From NCBI GenBank assembly GCA_964252035.1, contig OZ176204.1: a stretch of 64,000 nucleotides of DNA. One strand, given 5' to 3'. Each line of letters begins with the position of its first letter. Position 1 is the stretch's first letter. Origin of the DNA: Podarcis erhardii. Its lineage: Eukaryota. Below the pieces are notes generated by a model that was not told where the DNA came from, did not search any database, and worked only from the letters and a program-made list of their open reading frames with translations. Below, piece by piece: positions 39,883 to 51,785 of this stretch. The position numbers and the translations under genes are program-made.

Positions 39883-42475
39883 TACTGCTCTCCTGTTACG
39901 CTGCCACCAGAGAGAATAGCAAGCCATAGGTAGCTCTTGCTTGTCAGATCTGAAGTTTGGATTGCTGAAGAGAAGCCCTCCTGTTTTTGCATGCATGCAA
40001 CATTAGCTAAATTGGGGTGCAAGACTTGTCCAAGGCTATCCGGGCTCCTGCCTGCCCAAGGCTCATGGGTGAGTGAGGATTTGGACCCAGGTCTTTATGT
40101 GCAAAGTTCACCACAACCGACTCTACACCATACTTCCTCCAAAGGGCCTGCACATCCAATCAAATGGGGAGTGGGGGAGCATGCTTCCCAGCAACACATG
40201 TCCCATCACTCCTCGTAATCAGGATGTTGTACAATTAAAACTCTTCATAAAAATCTAAAGCTATTTTAAAATGCCTGCTGAAATAAGAAACTTTAAACCT
40301 ACAGCTACACCGGCAAAACCTAGTGGCAGTTCCTAGTGAGTGTCCATATAACACTCAAAAGAGTACATCAGCTTAATCAATCACAAACTGTGCAGTTCTG
40401 AAGCAGAAAATATGCTTCAAGAGAAACAGCCAAACAGGATACTTTGATAACTCAGTACATTTTACTCCAATAAATACCTTTAAGACCCTGAGATCCATAA
40501 GGTTTAAGGAGGTAAAAAGGCAGTTATTTCCTTTCCTACCTGCCTTCATCTATCCCAGTACTGTTTCCATTCTGCTGCAGTTTGGCTTCCACCAAATACT
40601 AAGCTATTAATTTCACCATCTGCTATTTGACATTATTTGTGTAATTATTTACACAATTTATGAAAGTTGTGATGTGAATATAATTAATGATGTAATTATT
40701 TCCAAAAAATTAACTTCAATGTAAAGGAAATGTCATAAAAACATTGTAAAAGGGGGGGAAATACGTATCGTTTTCAGGCTTTTAAAAAACACAAGAATAT
40801 TGTGAATGAATACCAATCACATTCACCGGACTGATACCAATGATATTTTCTGGATTGGTTTCTGTTCTAGAACTGGGACGAAAACATGAACAGCAGTCAT
40901 TTTCATTTCTGTTTCAGACACAATTCACAAATAAGGCTACAAGCATAGAACAAAGTTTAGGTTTAATATTGATTATCCAGGCTATCCTATGTACTTCAAG
41001 GAAGTTTAGTTGTTTAGATGCTTTATAAAGAAGCATTTCCACTAAACCTCAATATTATGCTGTAGGTATGCATTTCAAATGCTACTAAAAGTTTTGAAAG
41101 TGTGTTCAGAAATTACAGCAAGTGCAAAGGGGAAAAAGAATCAGAAGTAAATACTGGGTCATATTTTGAGTTGCAGTATTTGTTGTTTTCTTTAAAGAAA
41201 GTTTGGATTTTCAATAAAATGTTATAGTCTTTAGCTTTGGGGAAAATGCAATAGCAATAGCAAACATTTTGGGAATCGGTTTCACTAGCATTAGAGTCTG
41301 TCTGCCCTATAGCTAAGAGAAAAATGTGTTTTGTTTGCAGTCGTGGCAGTTATTGAACTCAGAATATACATTATTCCCACTGCATTCACTTCCACACAAG
41401 GCCTGCCTTTCAAAAACAAAACAAAACACTGAGGTAGAAAATATTATGGTCATAAAGGGAAATATGGAACAAAACATGTTCCCCTACTGTTTTGGCTCTG
41501 GGCCTTTTCTAGGGAAATGATGATGTTATGATAAATCAAACACTTTATTTTGACATTGTTTTCTCATAATGCTGTGTTTAATCAAGGAATGCAATGGGGC
41601 CATTCACAATTGTTTTCATCTTTCATAAAGGTGCTATGCCAATTCCCTGTGCAATTAATTAATTCAAGTTCAGCTGTATATTGCAAAGCATCAGAGTTTT
41701 AAAAGTCACTGCATCACGAGAGACATGTGGGCTGTAAATTCAAGCAGCTCTCCTAAAGAATATGCTAATATTATCTGAAACAGCAGCAAGTTTATGTCAT
41801 AAAAAGAGTATATCATATGCTTCAACCATCCCTGTTCACCAGGTGCTAACCAATAAATCATAGTCCTTGTTTTGTCTTTAGGAGAGACATTTTAATGTGT
41901 GCCAATACGCACTAGGTTTCATATCCTGATCCCTCCTACAACATGACACCTCCCAGCACTGCTGAATAGACTGGAATTGCATCTATTCTATAAAAAAAAC
42001 AAATCAATTGAACACCCTTCTAGAGGACTTAAAAACAGGGCACAGGACATATATTTAAAAGTAACACAAATGAAAAAGAGATTGTTATGATCAATTTACT
42101 AACTCACTCAATTCAGAAGTCAGTAAAGGTGGGCTAATACTAATGAACATTGCATATGCCAATGTCATGAAAGAAGCCTGATTTTTACAAGTTGGTCAAC
42201 CTGTGCAGCTCTCTGTTTTCTAAAGCACAACCCCCCACCCCATATTCAGTTTTCGGCTGCTTGTCTTCTGTGGAGGAATTCTAGCTAACACAGGGAGTCA
42301 GATGTGAATTCAAGGTCACACAAGCCATAGAAGATTGTTTTCCCCTTAATCGGCATAATATATGGAAACATCATGTGCTTAATCTTCTGGTGTTGGATAG
42401 TTTTTTCAACCGCCCTCCCCCCTAAATCAGGCATCCCCAAACTTGGCTCTCCAGCTTTTTTGGGGGAAAAAACAT

Positions 42476-42704
42476 GTTCGAAAACATGTCAAAGCGCAAG
42501 TAGATAAACAGGTACCGCTCCAGCAGGAAGATAAATGGTGTTTCCATGCACTGCTCTGGTTCGCCAGAAGTGGCTTAGTCATGCTGGCCACATGACCCGG
42601 AAGCTGTATGCCGGCTCCCTCAGCCAATAAAGTGAGATGAGCGCCACAACCCCAGAGTCGGTCACGACTGGACCTAATGGTCAGGGATCCCTTTACCTTT
42701 ACCT
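42476..42704 (+). mobile_element. Sauria SINE 3' portion, abutting a lone hAT-MITE left end (42428-42460)
   Basis: GTTCGAAAACATGTCAAAG.GCAAGTAGATAAA ... CCCTTTACCTTTACCT, preceded by CAGGCATCCCCAAACT. Confidence 0.85.
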
Positions 42705-43996
42705 ATTAAAACCCATCCTGCAGCTTTCACATAATTAATGAATAAATAGGCTTCTATGGGGACAACATCTGGTTGATTCCATTTTGAAATCACTTGAACA
42801 ACAACAAAAAACCTCTGGGAAAAATGTAAATATTTGGCAAAGCTTACTGGATATAACGTCTAGGCATATCTTTCTTTTTGCAATTCATACTTTCACAAAA
42901 GAAGTAACATACATATAAATACACATGTGAACTATTAGGGCTAGAGTGTATTTTGGTCATCAAATATTTAAATTTTCTAATTTAATCGCTAAGCTGATCC
43001 CTATAACAATTATCTGCTCAAATAAATAAAAGATTTCTAGACAAAAATGTATGTGAGTGGAAAATGGAAATGTGAGCAATTAGGATAAATGTGCATTGTA
43101 TTTTGATGTCATTTTAAAACGATCCAGGCTGCAGGCTGTTAAAAATGTCAAGGAGCACATGCTTTACATGTGAGCCAGTGAGGTGTAAGCGTGCATATAA
43201 TGTGGTCTCAGGTTGCAGCCATATTAAATATAATTTACTTGTCATTTATCTGTGCTCTAGCTCCCCATTGTAATTTGCCTGTGTTGTAACTCTTGAACTT
43301 TAAACGCTGTGTAATACATGCATTTAAATGATTAATTAATTTCACTATACATGATTAATGTCCATTGAAGCATCATACCTAAAAAAGAAAAACAAGTTAT
43401 AAAAAGCCAACAGTAAAACAAAAGAAATGCCTTAGACATTTCCATAAGGATCTGAGTATGACACTATAGCCCATTACTAAATGATAAGATTTAATTTGCT
43501 AATTAATATCCCATGGAGAAAGAACTAATACTTTCTTCCATAGAAAAACGAGACCTGTAATTTTCCAGAGCATAGCAAATTTCATTGGAAATGTGTGTGC
43601 AGTCAGCTGCCTTCCATCTGTGTCTTACCATCTGTATATATAATGCAGCTACTGTATTCTGTTCCTACTTATTGGATAGCATGTCAATCTGGATTATTCA
43701 CCTTCTTCATTTAAGTACATTCACTGCTTCTGGAAGGTAGTTATCTTGGAACGTCAAACACCTTATATGGAGCTACTATATTGCTGCAAAGAGCAATTTG
43801 GTTTAAGCAGACTATACAGGAATACTGGGGATAAGCAAACCTAATTGCTACATGGTGACATTTTGCACACGTTTCACATGTCAACGTGGCAACATACCTA
43901 TGTTTGCCAGCAACATGCATCACAACCAATGTGTAAAAACTGCATCACAGGTATAGCTATGTACTTTACCACTCAATGCTTTATGCTTTTTAGGCA

Positions 43997-44001
<5 letters not shown>

Positions 44002-44033
<32 letters not shown>
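44002..44033. repeat. (CA)n microsatellite
   Basis: About 16 CA units. Confidence 0.95.
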
Positions 44034-44035
<2 letters not shown>

Positions 44036-44057
44036 ACTTTATAAATATATAAAACTA

Positions 44058-44283
44058 CAGTGGTACCTAGGGTTACATACGCTTCAGGTTACACACTCCA
44101 CTAACCCAGAAATAATGCTTCAGGTTAAGAACTTTGCTTCAGGATAAGAACAGAAATTGTGCTCCGGCGGCGTGGCAGCAGCAGGAGGCCCCATTAGCTA
44201 AAGTGGTACTTCAGGTTAAGAACAGTTTCAGGTTAAGAACAGACCTCTGGAACGAATTAAGTACTTTACCTGAGGTACCACTG
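44058..44283. mobile_element. Tc1/mariner MITE, family B
   Basis: TA|CAGTGGTACCTAGGGTT ... CTGAGGTACCACTG|GA. Confidence 0.9.
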
Positions 44284-45117
44284 GATGTGTGAAAGACCAT
44301 GGATACCACCTTTAACCAAAAGGTTCCATGTGGTGTCTGTGGCAAAAGGAGGAACATTCTGCAAGCAATGTGTTAAACTGCTAAAATGTGACAACAGCGG
44401 ACCTTTATTGGAAAGCATCTTTTTTCTTATTTAAGTTTGCATCAGTACTTTCAGGAGATGTTCCATTCTATCCTTACTAAATGTCACATACTGGGTCACT
44501 GATATTCTCATTTTAAATATGGGGAGCATGACTTGTTCAAGCACCTCCAGATAATTCATGACTGAGCAAGGTTTCAGGTCGGGTCCAGCCACCACACGAC
44601 ACAGAATGATGGGTTTATTAAAGTAACATTAATGGGCAAAAATCCTCGGATTCAAAGCAGCCAGTATTTGCCAGGCTCTATATTTATGGGGCTCAACAGT
44701 TTAACAGTTTGGGTGGTCTCCTTAAAAAAGCTCATCCCACAGTGCACATCAGTGTAAAAAAAACCCCCAACTCTTAAGAGCACTTCTGTAATAAAAATAA
44801 TTAGGAAAGTCTTGCCTAAGCACTAATATTTATTCAAATGTGTTATCTATTAAGACATATAGGTTTGATGTGCCCCGAAGGTGAACTATGCCTGCTCTAA
44901 GCTACAAGGGTAGCTGATCCAGAAAGTGCACATGTAGCTAAGGAGGCTACCCTATTCATTTCTACCACCAACTGCCCTATGGAAAGGATGCTAATGAATG
45001 GTGAAATCTTAATATTATTCATTGTGATTTTATTATTGTATCTATATGTTACTTGTAAGGATTTGTAACCTGAAATGAGGGATATATAATTTTTTATGTA
45101 GATATATCTATATATGT

Positions 45118-45246
45118 CCCCTTCATGGATCACTGCCTTGCCGTGGCGAAGGGGCTTGAATAACTCGGAGAAGCTATGAGCTATGCCGTGCAGGGCCACC
45201 CAAGATGGACAGGTCATAATGGAGAGTTTTGACCAAAGGTGATCCA
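45118..45246 (+). ncRNA. Candidate HDV-like self-cleaving ribozyme at Bov-B 5' end
   Basis: P1 CCCCTTC (45118-24)/GAAGGGG (45148-54); P2 TGGATCAC (45126-33)/GTGATCCA (45239-46); P3 GCC/GGC with L3 TTGCCGT; P1.1 G45140-C45155; P4 base AACTC/GAGTT; J4/2 C45234-AAA. Confidence 0.72.
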
Positions 45247-48200
45247 CCTGGAGCAGGAACCGGCAATCCACTCCAGTATCCCTGCCAAGAAAACTCCATG
45301 GACAAAGACAACAGGCATATAAAACTTATGACGCTGGAAGATGAGCCTCTCAGGTTGGAAGGTGTCCAACATGCTACTGGGGAAGAGCGGAGGGCAAGTA
45401 CAAGTAGATCCAGAGCTGATGAAGCGGCTGGGCCAAAGCCGAAAGGACGCTCAGTTGCGGATATGCCTGGAAGCGAAAGGAAAGTCCAATGCTGTAAAGA
45501 AAAATATTGCATAGGAACCTGGAATGTAAGAACCATGAACCTTGGTAAGTTGGATGTGGTCAAAAATGAGATGGCAAGAATAAATATTGACATCCTGGGC
45601 ATCAGTGGACTAAAATGGATGGGAATGGGCGAATTCAGTTTGGATGACCATCATATCTACTACTGTGGGCAAGAATCCCGTAAAAGACATGGAGTGGCCC
45701 TCATAGTCAACAAAAGAGTGGCAAAAGCTGTATTGGGATGCAATCTCAAAAATGATAGAATGATCTCGATACGAATCCAAGGCAGACCTTTTAACATCAC
45801 AGTAATCCAAGTTTATGCCCCAACCACTGGTGCTGAAGAAACTGAAATTGGCCAATTCTATGAAGACTTACAACACCTTACAGAATTGACACCAAAGAAG
45901 GATGTTCTTCTCATTATAGGGGATTGGAATGCTAAAGTAGGGAGTCAAGAGATAAAAGGAACAACTGTCAAGTTTGGCCTTGGAGTTCAAAATGAAGCAG
46001 GGCAGAGGCTAATAGAGTTCTGCCAAGAGAACAAGTTGGTCATCACAAACACTCTTTTCCAACAACACAAGAGACGACTCTACACATGGACATCACCAGA
46101 TGGGCAGCATCGAAATCAGATTGATTATATTCTATGCAGCCAAAGATGGAGAAGCTCTATACAGTCAGCAAAAACAAGACCTGGAGCAGACTGTGGCTCA
46201 GATCATCAGCTTCTTATAGCAAAATTCAAGCTTAAACTGAAGAAAGTAGGGAAAACGACTGGGCTGGTAAGATACAATCTAAGTCAAATCCCTTATGAAT
46301 ACACAGTGGAAGTGAGGAACAGGTTTAAGGATTTAGATTTGCTGGACAGAGTGCCTGAAGAACTATGGATGGAGGCTCACAACATTATACAGGAGGCAGC
46401 AACGAAAACCATCCCAATGAAAAGGAAATGCAAGAAAGCAAAGTGGCTGTCCAATGAGGCCTTACAAATAGCGGAGGAGAGAAGGCAAGCAAAATGCGAG
46501 GGAGATAGTGAAAGATAAAAGATACCGGAAATTGAATGCAGATTTCCAAAAAATAGCAAGGAGAGACAAGAAGGCCTTCTTAAACAAGCAATGCAAAGAA
46601 ATAGAGGAAAACAACAGAACGGGAAGAACCAGAGATCTGTTCAAGAAAATTGGAGATATGAAAGGGACATTTCGTACGAAGATTACCATAATAAAGGACA
46701 AAAGTGGTAAGGACCTAACAGAAGCAGAAGACATCAAGAAGAGGTGGCAAGAATACACAGAGGAACTATACCAGAAAGAAATGGATGTCTCGTATACCCC
46801 AGGTAGTGTGGTTGCTGACCTTGAGCCAGACATCCTGGAGAGTGAAGCCAAATGGGCCTTAGAAAGCACTGCAAATAACAAGGCCAGTGGAAGTGATGAT
46901 ATTCCAGCTGAACTACTTAAAATTTTAAAAGATGATGCTGTTAAGGTGCTACACTCAATATGCCAACAAGTTTGGAAAACTCAGTAGTGGCCAGAGGATT
47001 GGAGAAGATCAGTCTACATCCCAATCCCAAAGAAGGGCAGTGCCAAAGAATGCTCCAACTACCGCACAATTGCACTCATTTCACACGCTAGCAAGGTTAT
47101 GCTTAAAATTCTACAAGGAAGGCTCAAGCAGTATATGGACCGAGAACTCCCAGAAGTGCAAGCTGGATTTAGAAGAGGCAGAGGAACCAGAGACCAAATT
47201 GCAAACATGCGTTGGATTATGGAGAAAGCTAGAGAGTTCCAGAAAGACATTTAATTTTGCTTCATTGACTATGCAAAAGCCTTTGATTGTGTCGACCACA
47301 GCAAACTATGGCAAGTTCTTAAAGAAATGGGAGTGCCTGATCACCTCATCTGTCTCCTGAGAAATCTCTATGTGGGACAAGAAGCTTACAGTTAGAACTG
47401 GATATGGAACAACGGATTGGTTCAAAATTGGGAAAGGAGTACGGCAAGGCTGTATATTGTCTCCCTGCTTATTTAACTTATATGCAGAATTCATCATGCG
47501 AAAGGCTGGGCTGGATGAATCCCAAGCCAGAATTAAGATTGCCGGAAGAAATATCAACAACCTCAGATATGCAGATGACACAACCTTGATGGCAGAAAGT
47601 GAGGAGGAATTAAAGAACCTTTTAATGAGGGTGAAAGAGGAGAGCGCAAAATATGGTCTGAAGCTCAACATCAAAAAAACGAAGATCATGGCCACTGGGC
47701 CCATCACCTCCTGGCAAATAGAAGGGGAAGAAATGGAGGCAGTGAGAGATTTTACTTTCTTGGGCTCCATGATCACTGCAGATGGTGACAGCAGTCTCGA
47801 AATTAAAAGACGCCTGCTCCTTGGGAGAAAGGCGATGGCAAACCTAGACAGCATCTTAAAAAGCAGAGACATCACCTTGCCAACAAAGGTCCGTATAGTA
47901 AAAGCCATGGTTTTCCCAGTAGTGATGTATGGAAGTGAGAGCTGGACCATAAAGAAGGCTGATCGCCGAAGAATTGATGCTTTTGAATTATGGTGCTAGA
48001 GGAGACTCTTGAGAGTCCCATAGACTGCAAGATCAAACGCATCTATTCTTTTTTTTTTTAATAAATAATTTTTATTAAAGTTTTCCAATTTAAAACAAAT
48101 TAAATCCAATTTATAATCTTTTTCCAATAACCAGGACTTCCCCTCCCCTCCCCCTCTTGTCTTCCAGTTTAACAAATCAATTCAACAAATTCTTATCCCC

Positions 48201-49990
48201 AAATTACACTTATCGTCAATAACCCAATTTTTCGAAAATTCCCATCCCCTAAGATCGACCTAATTCCCTTCCACGAGTTCCCCCCCTTCAAGAATAATGC
48301 AGATAAAAATAAACAAGATAAAAAATAGTTTTGCACCCTTTGGATTCCAGATTTCCCTCCCCCCTTTCCCGGTTGCGTTCCCAATATCCCTCGACATCTG
48401 ATATCTTCCTGGGGTTCCCACATCTCACTAAACCCAAACCTCTCTAGTCCTTTACCAGTCATTTTTAAATTCGAATGTCCAATCATAGAAGGAGTCTATC
48501 TCAAAAAGGGGCCCATTTCTTCTATCCAGATTTTTATATCCAGGAGCAAAAACTCCAATTTTATTTCTGTAAGCTTGTCAAATCTGAATGTCCCAAATGT
48601 TCCCACTTCCAGTTCTGTCCAGATCTTGTTATTTCATTATTCTTATTAATCACACTCCTCCTTTTTATTTTTTGCTTTTTCCCTGCTCTTCTGCCGAAAT
48701 GTTCTATTTCCAAAAGTTTCTAGTTTCTCTGCAGAGGCTTGTTATTCAGGAGCAAAACATTGCGTCATGTCCCTTTCATTTACATCCATTGTTTTCTGTA
48801 GTGTGTAGACCTCTGTAGACAAAATAATGTTCCATTTCTGCAGTTTCCCAGGAGATAAAAAGTTCTGTTCAACTGTTCAAATTTCCAGTCAAAAACACTT
48901 GCAATATCCCTCAGCTCCTCTAGATGGATTTCAGTAACTGAGTTCCCTTCCAGATCACATCCACCAATCCAAGTAGCTTATTGATCCTTATTTGAAACAT
49001 TTTATATCCAATTTATAACCAATGTAACCGGCAAAGTCCTCATAACAAAGTCTCTGTTTTGTTCTTCCGTTTTGACAGCTCTTTGACAGCTGTCAAAACC
49101 TCCGTTTCTCTTCCCCAGGCATTTTCACCAGTCGCTCCCGGGGTTCCGGGGGGGGGGGTTGCTTTTTAGTTCAAATTCCACTTTTCTCCTCCAGCTCAAT
49201 CTTATATTTTTCCCTCGCGAAGTCACTAATTCATCAAAATAAGGTCACTCTCGATCTTAGTTGTTAAGTCCTTTGTTTTGGCTCTTCTACAATTGGGGGG
49301 GGATGACTTCCTTTTTATACCCCCCCCCCCCCGCTCGCTCCGGATTTTAAAAATTTATCCCTCTTTTTAGTCCATATTCCAATTACTCACGGGTTGTTCT
49401 TTTGGATCCAAATTTTCAATGGAAGAAGCCAGCGCTCTCCACCGAATGGCATGCGGCTTCGCTCGGCAGGGGAAGCGGCGGACTCAAAGCACCACCACCC
49501 CCCAGGCGCCCGCTCCGAAGCCTTTAAAAAGGCTCTTTCGCGGGCCGGGGGGGGGGCTCAAAGGTGCCAGCCGAGTCACCATGTCCATGGGGCTCCGTGC
49601 CCATGGTTTTTGCGGGTCCCCGCGTCGCCGGCGCGGTAGAACCCAGCCCCTGCCGAGCCGGCTCCCTCCGGAGCACGGAGAGAGCCCGCCATTCGGCGAT
49701 GGCGCCAACCCGGAAGTCCCAAACGCATCTATTCTTAAGGAAATTAGCCCTGAGTGCTCACTGGAAGGACAGATCGTGAAGCTGAGGCTCCAATGCTTTG
49801 GCCACCTCATGAGAAGAGAAGACTCCCTGGAAAAGACCCTGATGTTGGGAAAGACTGAGGGCACAAGAAGAAGGGGACGACAGAGGACGAGATGGTTGGA
49901 CAGTGTTCTCGAAGCTACAAACATGAGTCTGACCAAACTGCGGGAGGCAGTGGAAGATAGGCGTGCCTGGCGTGCTCTGGTCCATGGGGT
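45229..49990 (+). pseudogene. Disrupted Bov-B endonuclease/reverse transcriptase ORF
   Basis: EN segment 45229-46518, then frame breaks near 46516, ~47250 and ~47387. Premature TAG at 46985-46987 and 47997-47999. Interrupted at 48050. The C-terminus (LEGQIVKLRLQCFGHLMRR..LEKTLMLGK) resumes at 49737. Confidence 0.93.
48051..49720 (-). mobile_element. Non-autonomous L1-type retroelement (1.67 kb) nested in Bov-B
   Basis: Perfect 16-bp TSD AAACGCATCTATTCTT (48035-48050, 49721-49736). Target TTCTT/AAGG fits the L1 endonuclease consensus. Minus-strand AATAAA (48071-48076) plus A tail. CpG-rich 5' end GGGACTTCCGGGTTGGCGCC. No long ORF of its own. Confidence 0.85.
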
Positions 49991-50055
49991 CACGAAGAGT
50001 CGGACACAACTAAACAACTAAACAACAACATCTATATATGTATATATATAGATGG

Positions 50056-50766
50056 GGTGTATGGGGTGTTGGGGAGGGGTAGTACCTCTGGTGGGGGAAC
50101 ACATCTTGCTCCTTCTAGGGTAGTTTGTCCACTTTTGGTGCCAACCCTGCACTCAGCTCTCATCTGTAGTTCCTAGAGCTGTCATCATGTGAGAGTGACC
50201 ACATCCTAGGAACAGCTTTGACTGGCTAGTTAAACCAGATGAGGGTAGCCAATGGAACCCAAACCCTTGGTGAGTTAGGGACTTCCCCTGCATGCAAAGA
50301 CAGGCTTCGGCAGATTGAGTAGACAAGACCAATAGTGGGTCCAAGGGTCAAGAAGGTGGTTTCTTCACATGCTGTAGAGGGAAGTGAGGGACAGAAGGGT
50401 CTCATCAACCTGGGAAGGTATCCCATCTAAGAGAAGGAAAACTCTGATCCTAAACATCTGCTGCCTTGTGGGATATCTTCAGGAGAAGAAAAGATACTAA
50501 GGAGTAAACCATATAGAAATCTGGAGTGGAGTCCCTAAGACAATTGGATGGCACCTTCTACACCTCCTTCTAGCAACTCCTGCAGCCAAGCTGTTGCCAA
50601 ATGTATTGCTCGGCTTTCTTTTGGACCACATCTGCAAGCCTAAAGGTGTCTGTCTTGTTGTCTGGGCAGCCCAGGACCCACATACACACTGCCCAGGTTT
50701 GCACCCTAGGGAAGTCACTTCAGTGCTGCTAACACAGCAGTTTGACTCCAACCCTGGATGCCAACA
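50056..50766 (+). mobile_element. Non-autonomous non-LTR element, tentatively Vingi-like
   Basis: Contains GAAGGAAAACTCTGATCCTAAAC..CTGGAGTGGAGTCCCTAAG..GGGCAGCCCAGGACC and ends GGATGCCAACA. Family name from memory only. Confidence 0.45.
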
Positions 50767-51785
50767 GATATAACTATATAGATATAGATGGTGGACCTGT
50801 ATCTGCATCATTTTGTATACTGCAGCCCACCACTCATGTACACTTAAGAGGACCAGAACAGAAAAAACAGCTGTGAACATTAGACTTCCTTTATCTTTCA
50901 AGGGATGGCTGATGAATCCTCCGACCCATACTTTTCTTCCTTCATATTGCCCCCACTAAAGAGTGACTTGCTGGGCTGCTTATCTCTCAGAAAAAGGAGG
51001 CAACTTGTCTGTCATTCAGGAGGAGAAAAAGGAGTGAAGATTTTATCTGTCCTCTCTAGTGTGGCTGTTTTACATAAACAGATGTAAATCTCTCTGCTGA
51101 TAACCTCTCCTTACATAATGAACCACTGTCTGCAGTTCACACTGGAGATTCTATTCTTGTCATTAGCAATACAATATGCTCATCTAACATCCACCTGACA
51201 GAGCAAGCAGTGTATCTCCCTACATGCATACCCAGCAAATGGAAGCATGGCACTGCAGACCTCTGGCAAAATAATATTTAAGTAACATGGTAAGTAACAT
51301 CAATTTTTTGAAGTATCCTGTGAACAAGGACGAGGTCAGGACTAATATGTTTCCAGAGCTGAAAGTGCTCCAAAACCTACATGAAAGACACCCAGGATCC
51401 TGCTTGGGAGATCCATGCTGGCAAATGTTATGCAGGTAACCAGTTTCCATTTTTGCATTCTCATACCAAATACTACACGGGAATTGGTTTTAACATTCAG
51501 CATCACAAACCTTAGTTTTATACCCCCGCTCTAAAAACTCATTCAATGTCAATCTCTCGATACATTAATAATTTAGATTTCAAGTGAACTACCAGATTCA
51601 TTGGTGCCAATACTTTAGCCCTATGCATGCACAGGGGCATAAGGTATGTAGGGGAGGAGCCCCCTCCCATCCTCATGAATGCTGGCTCTGCCTACAACCT
51701 TTCCATATTGAGCAGGTGGGACTGCTGAAACTCCTCACCATGATTAGAGGCTCTGCATTATCCTAATTTCTGATTGTCGGTAGAC

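Larger units (their letters stand above)
45118..50029 (+). mobile_element. Full-length Bov-B (RTE clade) LINE, ~3.2 kb plus an internal insertion
   Basis: Perfect 12-bp TSD ATCTATATATGT (45106-45117, 50030-50041). APE endonuclease motifs IGTWNVRTM, GDWNAKVG, SDH. RT YADD at 47568-47579. The 3' end CATGGGGTCACGAAGAGTCGGACAC is followed by a CAACTAAA/CAA tail. Confidence 0.97.

Noticed and set aside
15387-44283. Recurrent AACCTGAAG/TTCAGGTT and GCAAGACGAA motifs that might suggest CRISPR-like arrays
   Set aside because: They are subterminal repeats of Tc1/mariner MITEs in a vertebrate genome, with no constant repeat-unique spacer periodicity and no cas genes.
49394-50021. ORFs of 200 aa (+) and 177 aa (-) around 49.4-50.0 kb
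   Set aside because: They are artefacts: a GC-rich L1-type 5' UTR read in frame into the Bov-B C-terminal remnant, or antisense to it.
50056-50260. Possible second HDV-like ribozyme in the Vingi-like element (CTCTCATCTG 50157-50166 pairs with CAGATGAGGG 50236-50245; AGT-TCCTAGA-GCT could be P3/L3)
   Set aside because: I could not find a P1 5' strand or a P1.1 partner in this diverged copy. It needs testing on a family consensus.
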